From contig BFEA01000013.1 of NCBI GenBank assembly GCA_003427395.1, forward strand, positions 5,475,039-5,539,038: DNA of 64,000 bases. Reading direction: 5' to 3'. Under the pieces are notes generated by a model. It was given only the letters and a program-made list of their open reading frames with translations, was not told the DNA's origin and did not search any database. Positions 23,600 to 36,021 of this stretch are shown here, piece by piece. The stretch is from Chara braunii. Lineage: Eukaryota; Plantae; Charophyceae. The position numbers and the translations under genes are program-made. Each line of letters begins with the position of its first letter. The stretch's first letter is position 1.

Positions 23600-25010
23600 T
23601 TGTTGCTGTGTTTTTTGTCGAGCGGGCGGCCCAAATGGACCAGCCCTGAAGGACCTGAACTTCCTGTGGTGAATTCCCCTCTGGCTCCGAGGAAGGCTTC
23701 TCGCGGCTGGGGGAGTGTTCAGTTTCAGTTTTTGAGCTTACGTGTCGCTGAAGCTCCTTCGCCACTCTGCCTCTGCCCGCTGAATGAGGTCGCCATTGCT
23801 GGAATGAGGTTGCCATCGCCCATGAGGCCATCAGCGCCGTGCCAAGGAGGCAGCTGCTATTTTTTTTTCCCCCAGATCATTCAGTCATCCAGACACATAA
23901 TCTTCGGCTAGGACATGGAAAGATACACCGTCATATTTTTTGTCGTTTGTGCATGTGGAGAGTAGTACAGTGAGGCCCAATGTCACGGTAATCAGCGGTA
24001 TGGTTTCACTCAAAACACAAGAAACTGTCTTGAAAGATATGCAATTGGACACTCGCCACTGGGGGCACTGACAGTACCGTCATCAGTGACAATAGGGGAA
24101 TAAGAGGGTGGACTATCATCAAACAGAGGAGAAGCAGGGGTCAGTTGAGCAGTGGTCTCAGAAGAGGGTGGAGCAGAGTGAGGGATACAAGGGAGGGTAG
24201 AAGTGGAGCAGGATGAATCTGGTGAAGGATGGTGATCATCGCAAAATCTGATGCATCAGTGGTAAGAAGAGAAAGAACCCCCCCCCCTCCCCCCCCCACT
24301 TCCTGTTGCTGTGTTGTTTGTCGAGCGGGCGGCCCAAACGGACCAGCCCTGAAGGACCTGAACTTCCTGCGCTGAATTCCCCTCTGACCCCGAGGAATGC
24401 TTCTCGCGGCTGGGGGAGTGTTCAGTTTCAGTTTCTGAACTTGGAGGCACGCGTCGCTGAATCTCCTTCGCCACTCTGCCTCTGCCCGCTGAATGATGTC
24501 GCCATTGCTGGAATGAGGTTGCCATCGCCCATGAGGCCATCAGCGTCGTGCGAAGGAGGCAGCCTCCATATTTTTTTTCCCCAGATCATCCAGGCGTCCA
24601 GACAAAATAATTGTCGGCTAGGACATGGAAAGATACACCGCCATATTTTTTGTCGTTTGTGCGTAGTACAGACAAGGCCCAATGTCGCGTTCATCAGCGG
24701 TATGGTTTCACTCAAAACACAAGAAACTGTCTTGAAAAATATGCAACGGGACACTCACCACTGGGGGCACTGACAGTACCATCATCAGTGACAATAGAGG
24801 AATAAAAGGGTGGACTATCTTCAAACAGAGGAGAAGCAGGGGCCAGTTGAGCAGTGGTCTCAGAAGAGGGTATAGTGGAGTGAGGGATACAAGGGAGGGT
24901 AGAAGTGGAGCAGCCGGGGGTTGTAAAAGGAGCAGGATGAATCTGGCGAACGATGGTGCTGATTGCAAAATCTGATGCATCGATGGTAAGAAGAGAAAGA
25001 ACCACCCCCC
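23600..25010. repeat. Diverged ~700-bp tandem duplication
   Basis: 23600-24280 and 24304-25010 align throughout with many substitutions and small indels. The segment covers an RNase H remnant. Confidence 0.92.
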
Positions 25011-27045
25011 CTAAAAAAAATAAAAAATAAAAAATAAAAAATAAAAAATAGAAATAGAAAAGATGGGCACTCGAGATTGGGTCAATGCGAGACTGGAGTG
25101 GAAGTGACTACGGTGCGGAGCGCATCACTTGAAGTTTACATGAGTACTGCACATAATACTTGGCCAAGCCAAGGAAACTATGCAGTGCAGTAACAAAGGT
25201 GGGAGAGGGCCATTCCGAGACGGAAGTTATCTTCAAGTCGTCCATGTGGAAGCTGCTCGAAGACCTAGTGCCCGAGGAAGTCGACTCGGGTTGAGCGAAG
25301 CAGTAATTTGATAACTTCAGAACCCATGGGTGCGTAGGTGGTGGACCTTCCTTAGATGGGACAAATGCTTCTCGAGGGTAGAATTGTGGATGAGAATATC
25401 GTCAAGGTAGATTAGGAGACATATCTCTAGGAGGTCGTGAAAGATCGCGTTCATTCAGGTCGTGGAGAATCCCTGGGTGCGTAGGCGGTGGGACCTCACT
25501 TAGATGGGACAGGTGCTTCTCAAGGGTACAACTCTGGATGGGGATATCATGGTGGTAGACTAAAATACAAATGTCTACAAGGTCGTGAAAGATTGTGTTC
25601 ATGGCGGCCTGGAAGGTAGCAGGGACATTGGCGATGCTGAAGGGCACCACCTTGAACTCAAAAAGACCAAATTGAAACTGAAAAGGGGTCTTGTGCTGGG
25701 ACACATTGGCTGTGTGGATCTGGTGACAGTCGCTACAGATCAATCTTCGTGAACATGTGATGACCGGCAAGGCAGTCAAATAGCTCATTGATGCAAGGCA
25801 TGGAATATATTTTTATGAATGTGCAGCGGTCGAGGCCACGGTAGTCAATCCAGAGTCAAAGGGTGTCGTCTACATTGCGGTATTCATGAAGAAGGTCACG
25901 AACTGCAGGCTCCAAGAAGGATGTGTGGCTATCGGACTCGTTGGCATCTGCCTGCTCACGACCAAGATGTGGAAAGGTGGTAGAAGTAGAGGCAATGAAA
26001 GGACTCCATGACATTGAAGGTCCACTGGTCGTGGAACCGAGGTGCCTTGCTGATGCTTCGTGGCATGTCAAGGGCAGGGGGAAGGGAAGATCGGATGCCA
26101 CACGATCGATGATAGTGGTGCACCCATTACCGAGAGTAACCGTGGAGTAATGGTGAGCCTCGTTTATACCAGGAGGATGAACAAAGTCATTAGCAGAGGC
26201 AAAATCCCAAAATGCTTGATGTCCCATAGTGTTAAACCCTAAATGAATGGGGATGACAAGGAGATGTGGTTAGTGTAGTGGGATCTCTGATTCACAGGGG
26301 ACATGGTGACCTTTGGCAGATCGTGACACACTTAAGGTCTAGAAAGTTATGCTATCCTTCTTTGCCACAATTAGAATGCTGAAATGAGCCATGCAAAGAG
26401 TGCGGTGAGTCGGGAGTCGAGGAGAACAAGGTGTACTGGAAGGAGTAGAGGGTGAGGGTAAATCTGAATTAAGCTACACAAGTAACGTGGGACAAAAAGG
26501 CTAGAGAGAGTCCCGAAGAAGAGTAGCAGTTGGCTCAAAGGACGAGGCATGAGCTGGTATGCCTGGTACAGAATGAGTGTCGAAGGAGCTGCACATAGGA
26601 GCCAGCTGGCTGCAGGGGGGAGGCATGGGCAGGATATTGCTTAGTGGCTGTTGGATATAAATTTTATGCATTGCATCCATCTAGGGGCGTTGAGGGGATG
26701 TGTGGCGTTGAAGGCGGTAGTGTAAGCAAATGCCTCGAGTGCTAGTAGGGTAGCTCGATCAGAGTGAGTCTATTGGCCCTGTGGAATGACGAAGTCTATG
26801 GGAAAAGGTAGTTGTGAAACCGTGAAGTGGAGCGTAGAGTAGATGAGCGTAGAGTAGATGGCAAAGTGTGGCCACCAAGAAACATAGAAAGAGTCAAGAT
26901 GAGACGGCCCTCACTATAGAGAGAGTGGTCAACCATGGCGGCTAGAGGCAGTCCCTACATTTGGGTCACTCGTCTCCATCAGCATTCCGTCTCGAACAGA
27001 CCCTCAGAGGACTTCAATGTCTGATTGGCTAGCGCATTGAGGCGT
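23900..27045 (-). mobile_element. Highly decayed Gypsy gag-PR-RT-RNaseH remnant
   Basis: RT reads FGLFEFKVVPFSIANVPATFQAAMNTIFHDL...VYHHDI (25402..25788), RNase H reads LTIDASDFAI...PVAYFSR (24712..25005), and a protease-like segment reads AFWDFASANDFVHP. Confidence 0.82.
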
Positions 27046-28195
27046 TGTTGGTGCGAATACCCTTACAAGGGTATCCGCCCTGGTTTTTGCAAGTGACAGA
27101 AAGTAGGTTTAATTAAGAGTCTTAATACACCGCGTGAGTCGCGGTTGTGTCTCGTATTTATGTTGACTGAAGGTTGTTTATAATAAAGAGTGTGTGGGCG
27201 CGCAGACTTTCTATTGATGATTGTGAAGCCGGTGTGTTTGTCGACTAAAATTTTGAATTAAACTAGGATTAAATGATATTTTAATTTTGATTGGTATGCT
27301 TGATCGTGACTTGTGCGTACGTATGGAGGACGACGTTTTAAGGCATAGTTTTGTATAGCTGCGCGGTGGACGATGAAGGGTGACGGTCGTGAGGTTGGTT
27401 GATAGGCCTATGTGTGGTTTTGAAACGTTTCAGAAGATCCGCGCGTCGCGTAGTACCCGCTTATATAGGTATCCGCTAGTACTAGGCTCACTCGTGGGCC
27501 TAACACTATTGGTTACGATGTCGGGCTTTCAACATGCATATTCAGGGATCAAAGCCAGTGAGCAGCGACACGGGAGCATCAGAGCGGCGCAAAGGAACCG
27601 TGGGGTCGAGGGCCTGGCGAGGACAACGAATCTCGCCCGTTTCTTGACAAAAACGGGCGATTGAAGATCTGATCCTGGGGTTTTTGGACATGGCGAACTG
27701 AATGGTGGTGCTAGATTTTGGATTGGGATATTAGTCTTAGCGCGGTAAGGAACGGAGGTGCGCGGAGGTAGGAGATGGAGATTTCAGCCGATCTTCGACA
27801 GAGTTAGGTGGTGAAAAAGTCGGTACTGAGGTTTTTGGACGCTGCGAGTTTGGATGGCGACATCCATTTTGAAACAGCAGTATCTAGCTCATTTCTGAGC
27901 GGATTTGAGGGAAAGGTGGTAGGTAGGGGTTCTCGGACCGGGCGAGTTCGGTGGTAGTAGTAGTTTTAGCAATGGATAAGTAGACCAAGAGTAAGATATA
28001 AAATGTGGTGCATGGAGATATGGAGGAGTGGACAAAAAGTGCGGGAAGGACAACGAATCTCGCCCGTTTTTTGACAAAAACGGGCGATTGAAGATTTGAT
28101 CCCGGGGTTTTTGGACATGGCGAACTGAATGGTGGTGTTAGATTATGGATTGGGATATTAGTCTTAGCGCGGTAAGGAACGAAGGTGCACGGGGG
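27046..28195 (+). repeat. Truncated LTR starting TGTTGGTGCGAATACCCTTACAAG
   Basis: It is homologous to the reverse complement of the region ending at 42663 (shared terminus and GAGTGTGTGGGCGCGCAGACTT...CTATTGATGATTGTGAA). It contains an internal ~150-bp duplication (27620-27770 / 28048-28195). Confidence 0.7.
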
Positions 28196-28719
28196 CAGCT
28201 TCACGGAAGTAATGAATCTTTTCGTATTCTAGTGGAAGATTCATTCAATTTTTTGCTCAGTCTATCGATGGAAGTAGCTCCCCTCTACTTTTTTTTTGTG
28301 CGATTTGTAGGCAGTTTATATTTCCAAGTTCTTGTGGGAGACCCGTTCTGCCACTGTTAGTTGCCGCGCTGTATTATCCCAATCACAACTTTAGAGGCCG
28401 CCCGTAACTGGTCAAAATAACGGCCAGATACGGAGACTGCCTGATGCGAAGGAAGGAGGAGAAGAAAGCGCAGCAAGACATGCCTTCTCAGTAACGTTCC
28501 TTCTCATGGTCTTCGTTACTTTGCTGTCCTGTCCGATGGGGTTCGAGTTGGCACGACCCCTGCGGATCGTGCTTATTTGTATCCCCGAATGGTTGAGCCC
28601 GTGATCTTCACACCAACGATGCTTCTCGGCTCATGCGTGTGAGTATCTGGCTGGGATATCAGCAAAATGCATCGAAGAGGAGTGAGCTCGACCTAGGGGC
28701 GGGTTGACACTGAGTACAT

Positions 28720-28845
28720 TTGGCGGAGTGGTTTGTTTGGTTAATTTCGTTAACGAACGAGACTTCAGCGTGCTAAATAGCTACGTAGGGAGCTTCCTCG
28801 TGGGCAGCTTCGTAGAGGGACTGATTGGCCGACTAGCCTACGGAA
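28720..28845 (+). pseudogene. Degenerate 18S rRNA fragment (3' third of the molecule)
   Basis: GGTTAATTTCGTTAACGAACGAGAC.TCAGC.TGCTAAATAGCTACG...GCTTC.TAGAGGGACT matches the conserved eukaryotic SSU block. Confidence 0.88.
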
Positions 28846-28849
28846 CAAC

Positions 28850-28898
28850 AAGGACTAACAGATTGAGAGCTCTTACTTGCTTCTATGGGTGATGGTGC
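28850..28898 (+). pseudogene. Second 18S rRNA fragment, out of native order
   Basis: AAGGACTAACAGATTGAGAGCTCTTACTTGCTTCTATGGGTGATGGTGC corresponds to the block that natively precedes the 28720-28845 segment. Confidence 0.85.
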
Positions 28899-29167
28899 CC
28901 GTCGGTTGCAATATTAGTGGTTTTCACGTGGACCTCACTCTTCGGCATTTGCCCGCTCATCTTTTTAAAGGGCGTATTCTTAGTTTGCAGATCTGGTAAG
29001 TAGAAGACAAGCTACATGATTGGGTGCGCTGGCTGGGATCAAGCCTATACTCACCTTACCTGTTGTCGCGATTCTCTACAAGTTACTGCATTCTCTCTTC
29101 TTTGAGCTGAAGCTGAAGACGAGACTAGAGTTGCTGCAGCCTCGCTGCTACGGGGGCGACTACTGTG

Positions 29168-31440
29168 TTAGTTAATGTGTGGCTGAGACTGTTGACTGCC
29201 CAGGTTGCTCGATGATTGAACACCGTTTCCCCGGAGCTCGACAACAACAAACTTTTGATTATGTTCTTTGCTCAAGTTCTGTGCTGAGATCGTTGGAACA
29301 ACGCAGGAGACTATATGTCGTTCATATGCTTTGACAACGTGAGGTGCGATGCGCAATAGTTCCTTCTTTGAGATCCAGTAGATATCATCCAATCAAGTGA
29401 ACTTGGTATTGTCTGTTATGTCCCTCGTCAGTATGTTGTACAATGCTGTCTTTTTGGTGACTGCCTTTAATTGCACGAGGGATCATAATCTCACGGTATT
29501 TGAAGGATTTAGCATCTCGATATGGAAACAACTAGGGTGAAAGATTGGGTATGTGCGCAGATGAGGAGTCACGACAATTACATATGGAGGAGCAAACTTA
29601 TCCTCATCAAAGGACCATAATAGAGACGGAGAAGCTTGCGTGATACCCCCTTCTCTTCCAAAAATTCAGACATTTTGACCCATACATAACTTCCCACTTC
29701 GATAGTCAACGGTTCGCGCTTCGTATTTGCGTGATGGATCATGGCGTGCTGTCGCTTGGTCATTGTTGCAATGGCAACTTTGAGCAAGCAATCGTAGTTA
29801 GCGTTGATGCCAGGCCTGCCAGGCGTTAGTCCAGTCCACTGTTCAGGGAGGAAGTAGGAGAGTGGATTACGGATCTTCCAACCGTAATGCCACATGTTTG
29901 GCATCATGCTGGTGGAAGAATGAACGGAGTTGTTGTGCAACCTCTTTACCAAATACAACTTTTCATCCCATGTTTCCTGCTCCAGAATGATTAAGGCGCG
30001 AAGAAGATGAAACACTGTTTGGTAAATCTCCTCAGCCAAACCATTGGCTTCGAGATGTCGACCAGAGGTCATCTTTTGTATGAGGCTAGGGCGTTGGGAC
30101 GTGAAGTCCTTCTAATCAGTACTTGTGAAGCGCGGGTCCCGATCGGGGTCCCGTACTGCAGAATGTACTTCTAGTGGAACTCACGGATAACGAGGGCGAT
30201 TGGAGCATGAAATGGCAATGGAATCAAATTTAGGAACTTGGAAAATCGATCAACAATCACGATAACCTGTGAATATCTGTGTACTGATTTTTCCCATGTC
30301 CGTGAAGTCGATAGCGACAGATTCTCTATGACCGTCGGGAATGGGAAGTGGTTTGAGCAGCCCCATGGGCTTTTGCCTTGGTTCGTTGACAAACTTTTCA
30401 GCAGATCCTTTCATGCCAGGCTAGTCAAATGTTGCAGCAGGATTCCGTAGGTTTTTGCAATGTTGAAGTGTCCACTCTGATCGTTAGCCAAATCCAAGAT
30501 GTGTGTGCGAAGAGGCTCATGGTTGGGTACAAATAAATAGTCATTGTTTTCGTAGTGTTAGAAAACCTGACCTTCACATTCGTAGCTGCCCAAGGATTGG
30601 ACTGAGATCCGGATCCTTGGCAATTTGCTTTACTATTTCCTCCTTCAGTTTTTTTTGGAGGTTGTAGGAGTTCACAAGGTGGCGAGAGAATGCATCAGCA
30701 ACTCGATTGTAACAAACCTTTTTGTGCTTCAATTCAAACTCAATCTCATTCACCTAGTGGACCAATGTAGGGGATAAGGTCGTTCAGTCCTTGATCCACT
30801 TTAGAGTCTGGTGATCTGAGAAGACTTTGAAGTGACGTCCCCAAAGACAGTGCTTGTAGTGGTCCAATGTCATACTCGAAGCATAAAGCTCGCGCATGTA
30901 TGTGGAAGTGGTTACCTTTTCGTTGGGCGTACGTTGCTGTAGTATTCGAGCGGACGCAAACCATCACCATCATCTTGTTGCAGCACTGCGCCCATTCCAT
31001 GTTGGCTCGCATACGTGGTGACTACGGATCTGAGTTTGGGATCCGCACAAAACCTCCTTAAAAGGCTTGAAAGGTAGTCTCACATGCTTCATCCCATGTG
31101 TAAGATACTTTCTTGCTTGTTAGTTTGGACAATGGGTGAGGAATGATATAAAATCTAGGCATAAACTTTCGATGGTATGATGCAAGCCCAAGAAAAGAAT
31201 GCAATTCACGTATATTCGTTGGCTGAGCCTAGTTGCGTATGACCTCAAACTTGGTTGCCTCGGGCTCAAGGCCTGCAACGGACAACCGGTGCTCAAGATC
31301 GATGATGTTATCCCTCCCAAACTTGGATTTCTCCAAGTTGAGATGGAGCTGCGTTTTCTTGAGGATGTTGAACACCTTAAGATGTCTTAAGTGTTCCTCC
31401 ATCGATTTGCCGAAAATCAGAATGTCATCAAGGTAGACAA
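29168..31440 (-). mobile_element. Decayed Gypsy pol 3' half (RT from YLDD, RNase H, integrase, chromodomain)
   Basis: VYLDDIL lies at ~31415-31440, followed by YSQVIVIVDRFSKFLNLIPLP, MTSGRHLEANGLAEEI and YWISKKELLRIAPHVV. It is a clear paralogue of 33116-35980. Confidence 0.9.
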
Positions 31441-31989
31441 CCAGAAACCAACCAATTTGTTGCCGAAGTATACTCCGGATCTGGAGATGACTGCGCAGTC
31501 TTGTCTGGATGTGATAAAAGGTACGGTCCCCTCTACTCTAAAAGATCGCCTAGGACTTGGGCTCAGAGGATACACAGATTGGCTTACCCTCATGCGGGAC
31601 TTAGTCAAGCTGGAGGCACAAGACCTGCCGGGTGGATAAAGTGGCAAAACGGCCACTGGCCGCAAACGGTTTCCAGGCAGCAACCGTTTTGCAGCACATG
31701 ATCTGCTTGAGGGTGACGAGGAGACCCTCGTGGATGAATCTTCTCTTGATGACGATCAAGAGCAAGACTGCGGGGCATCTTGCTCTTTGTCAACCCATGA
31801 GTCTGAGTGTATAAATGACGATGAATCTATGAATGCCTTTAAAAAGACTGCCTTCAAAAGTAAGTGACCGTGGACCACGATGAAGAACAACACTAACACT
31901 ATCCTTCTTCCCAAGGGAGCAAAGATTCCACCAAAACCGGAAGATCCTGCCACAAAACCATGGGTAGATCTCCGGATTAGTGAAAGTGA

Positions 31990-33186
31990 GTGGAAGANCA
32001 GGGTGAAGAGAGGAGTTTGCCNGCATTGCACCAAACCGGGACATTNAGTCCAACACNGTTTCAGATTGCAGCAGGGAAACCAGCAANGGGGGTAGAGGCA
32101 TCATCAACACGCTCTACTGATGGAGAGGCTGAACATGTAGGTACAGATTCTTTCTTGGATTCTGATCCCACTCAGCAAACCTCTCCTGAAACCCCATCTC
32201 ATGCTGATTCCAAGGCTGAGAAGATCCACATCCTATATAAGGAGCCTTGGGTAGAGTCGGAAGAAATTGACTTCCATTCTTTGTTGACGAGCTGGGCTCA
32301 CATGAAGCAAGAACGCGCGCAAGGGAGAACGAAGTTGATTTTCTTCAAACTCAACATTAATGGCCATTACATCCGTGCGTTGGCTAATTGTGGTGCAACC
32401 GCCAACTACTTTTCACCGCTCGACATTCGTAAGGCACGCTTGGGGATGAAGCAAGTGACTTTGCAGAATCCTTGTCGGACCCAAGTAGGCAACCAAGAGG
32501 TTGTCACATCTACGCATGCAGTCAAAGGTGTGCGCACTACCTTTGACGCTAACCACACAATCACGCATGAATTGAACTTCTATGTCCTTGATCAGTGCCC
32601 CTTCGACGCGGTTATTGGCTTGGGCTGGTTGCAGGCCCAATGTGAAAGTACCACGTGGAAGGACTCGCAATTCATGGTCAAAGATGCCATGGGAATTGAG
32701 CGTCCAGTCCTCTTGGATGAGCTGCGCGAGTCCCAAGTAACCTTTCTCAATGCAATGCAATTCTGCAAAAAGTGGCGCAGGTGCAAAACTGATGAGCAAA
32801 TGTATATAGCCTTTGTTAGGCCTGCTCATGTGCCTTCTATTTTTGTTGTACATAATGATTCTACTTTGCATGTTGTTTCCATCTCGGAGGCAACTACTTC
32901 TAACTCTACTAAGTCCATCTGTAGTCCAAATGACTCTACTCCTAATTCTGTTGTTTTGGCTGCACCTATGCAATCTGGTATGTTGGCTCCTGAGAGTGAT
33001 GATCCCCCTCCGGAAATCCCATCAGAAATCCGCAACCTTCTCAACCGGTTCCCTGAGGTCCTGGCCGAACTGTATGGAGTTCCCGTGCGACCGGTCCGAC
33101 ACAAAATCGAGTTGATTGAAGGTAGCACCCCTTCAAAAGGTTGTGTCTATCGAATGGGCTCAGGCGAATTGGAGGAGTTGCGATGA
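31990..33186 (+). pseudogene. Gag C-terminal linker plus aspartic protease
   Basis: IRALANCGATANY (catalytic D appears as N) and FDAVIGLGWL are present. The ORF ends in a stop/frameshift at the start of RT. Confidence 0.88.
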
Positions 33187-35059
33187 CAGATTGATGAGAT
33201 TGATTGGGAAGGGATGGATCAAACCCTGTGAGTCTGAATTTGGTGCACCAGTGTTGTTTGTCCCTAAGAAAGGAGGCAAACTGCGGATGTGTATTGACTA
33301 TCGCGGATTAAATAGAATCACAAGAAATAATGCATATCCTTTGCCACGTATCGATGACCTGCTCGATGCTGCAGGTGGATGCAAGGTCTTCAGCAAGATC
33401 GATCTCAGGTCTGGCTACCACCAGATTGAAGTCGAACCTGCAGACCAGCACAAGACCGCATTCAAAACTCGCGATGGGCTGTACGAGTTTACAGTCATGC
33501 CCTTCGGTNTCACGAATGCGCCAACCACCTTTCAAAGTCTCATGGATAAAGTATTTCGCACTCAGATCAATCGATTTGTTGTTGTATATCTGGATGACAT
33601 ACTAATCTTTTGCAAATCTATGGAGGAGCACATGAGGCACCTTGAGGAAGTGATGCAGATCCTCAAGGACGCGCAGCTCCATCTCAACTTGGAGAAATCT
33701 GAGTTTGGGAGGGACAGCGTCATCTACCTTGGACATCGGTTGTCTGTTGCAGGCCTAGAGCCCGAGGCAACCAAAGTTGAAGTCATTCGAAAGTGGCCTC
33801 AACATGCGAATGTCCGCGAGTTGCATTCTTTTCTTGGTCTTGCGTCGTACTACCATAAGTTCGTGCCTAAATTCTCTATCATCGCCCGTTCGTTGTCTAA
33901 GCTAACAAGCAAGAATGTGTCCTACACATGGAATGAAGAATGCACGACAGCCTTTGAAGCACTTAAAGAGGCCTTGGTGAGTCATTCGGTACTCCGCATT
34001 GCAGATCCCAAGCTTGCATTCGTAGTGACTACGGATGCAAGTTTGTATGGGATTGGTGCGGTGCTGCAACAAGATGACGGTGATGGCTTACGTTCGCTTG
34101 AATTCTACAGCAAACGCATGCCCAGTCACAAGGTAGCCGCTTCCACCTACATGAGAGAGCTCTATNCCTTGAGAGAGGNACTAGACCANTGGAANCACTA
34201 CCTCTTGGGTCNCCATTTCAAAGTGTTCTCANACCATGAGACCNTGAAATGGATTNAGACACAGGTTAACCCATCAACCACATTGACCCGATGGCTGCAT
34301 GAGATTGATGTGTATGATTTTGAACTCAAACACAAGAAAGGCTGCTATAATCGTGTTGCGGATGCTTTGTCTCGCCACCCCGAGTATATGACNTGCCTTG
34401 TGGGTTCCTACGACNTGCGTAANGATCTGAAGGAGGAACTCATCGAGCATACTGCCAAGGACCCGGAACTCAGTCCCATCCTTGAGCAGATTCGGGCTGA
34501 CCCTAGCAGTCAGCCTGATTTCCATGAATGTAAGGGCCTTCTCTTCCGACGCTACAGTAAGCATGACCGGTTGTGTGTACCCAACCGTGAGCCAATCATC
34601 ACTCATTTCTTGGATTTGGCTCATGGACGGAGTGGACATTTCAGTGTTGAGAAGACATACGGGAATCTGTTGGAAAAGTTTGTGTGGCCTGGTATGAAAA
34701 GAATGGCGCAAAGGTTTGTGGCTGAGTGTGAAGTTTGTCAACGCATTAAACCGTCTCGGCAGAAGCCTTATGGGCTGCTGCACCCTCTTCCTATTCCTGA
34801 CGGTCCGGGGGAGTCTGTTACTATTGACTTCACGGACATGGGGAAGAAGAGCAGAAACGGTTATTCCCAAGTTATGGTGATTGTCGATCGTTTTTCGAAG
34901 TTTTCGAATTTGATCCCACTACCACCTCATGCCCCAACCGACCTTGTGATCAAAGAGTTTCACAAAAGATACATTCTGCAGTGTGGGCCCCCGAAAATTC
35001 TTGTGAGTGACCGGGACACTAGGTTCAGAAGCGCAGAATGGAAGGACTTCACCTCCTAG
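33116..35059 (+). pseudogene. pol: reverse transcriptase, RNase H, integrase Zn-finger and core
   Basis: Motifs include [54 protein letters not shown]-x4-H...CEVC, IDFTD and VSDRDTRF. There is a premature TAG at 35057. Confidence 0.96.
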
Positions 35060-35068
35060 GTTTATGAC

Positions 35069-35980
35069 ATGAAACTCAAGATGACATCAAGTCGACATCC
35101 CGAAGCCAATGGATTGGCCGAGGAGATCAACCAGACTGTGATCCAACTTCTCCGAGCCTTAATTGTGCCTGATCATAACTTTTGGGATGAGGAATTGTCG
35201 ATCGTGCAAGGGTTGTACAACAACTCCATCCACTCCTCCACCGGGATGACGCCGAACCGGCTGCATCTTGGATGGAAAATTCGCAATCCTCTATCCTACC
35301 TGTTCCCTGAACAGCCTCTTGGTCTGACACCTGGCCAGCCAGGCTACAACGCTAAGTATGATCAGTTGCTCAAGGTTGTTGTCGCAGCTATAGAACAGCG
35401 ACGCAGTGCCATGATTAAACATGCTAACAAGAAGCGCCAGCCTGCACCATTCACAGTGGGAAGTTATGTCTGGGTCAAAATGTGTGAGTTTTCTGAAGAA
35501 GGTGTATCACGAAAGCTTCTTCCTCGGTATTACGGTCCATGGAAGGTGTTGAACCAGGTAGGGAGTGATTCCTTTGGCCCTTCATATACGATCGATGTGC
35601 TTGCTCATCTACGCACATATTCAGTCTTTCACGCATCAAAGTTGTTTCCGTATGAATCACCCGAAACTTTCAAGTATCGAGAATCGATGATCCCCTGCGC
35701 AATCAATGGCGGTCATGAGGTTGATAGGATTGTGGAACACAGTGGGAAGGGAAGAAACAGACAATATAAAGTCCATTTTCTGTACCACCCGTTGGATGAT
35801 TTCTACTGGATCGCTAAGAGAGACCGACTGCAGAGTGCACCTCGCGTTGTTAACGCCTATGAACGATTGATCAGTTCTGAACAACAACCAAAATTCACTG
35901 CTACCCTGACTCCTACGGAACACAACCGATCTCTCTTTGATATCTACGCCTATGATGCATTATGCAAGGACTTTGATTGA
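35069..35980 (+). pseudogene. Integrase C-half, GPY/F motif and chromodomain (in frame after the premature stop)
   Basis: HPEANGLAEEIN, KLLPRYYGPW, VFHASKL, HEVDRIVEH...QYKVHFL...FYWI. Confidence 0.92.
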
Positions 35981-36008
35981 GTTACTCGCTCGAAGGGACC
36001 TCGCTCTT

Positions 36009-36021
36009 GAGGGGGGGGTAG
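36009..36021 (+). other. Polypurine tract
   Basis: GAGGGGGGGGTAG lies immediately before the LTR TG. Confidence 0.88.

Noticed and set aside
23150-23911. 253-aa ORF as a host gene
   Set aside because: It crosses poly-A/T tracts and the duplicated repeat and contains no recognisable domain.
28720-28898. Functional rRNA locus
   Set aside because: It is under 200 bp, mutated and permuted, with no flanking rDNA.
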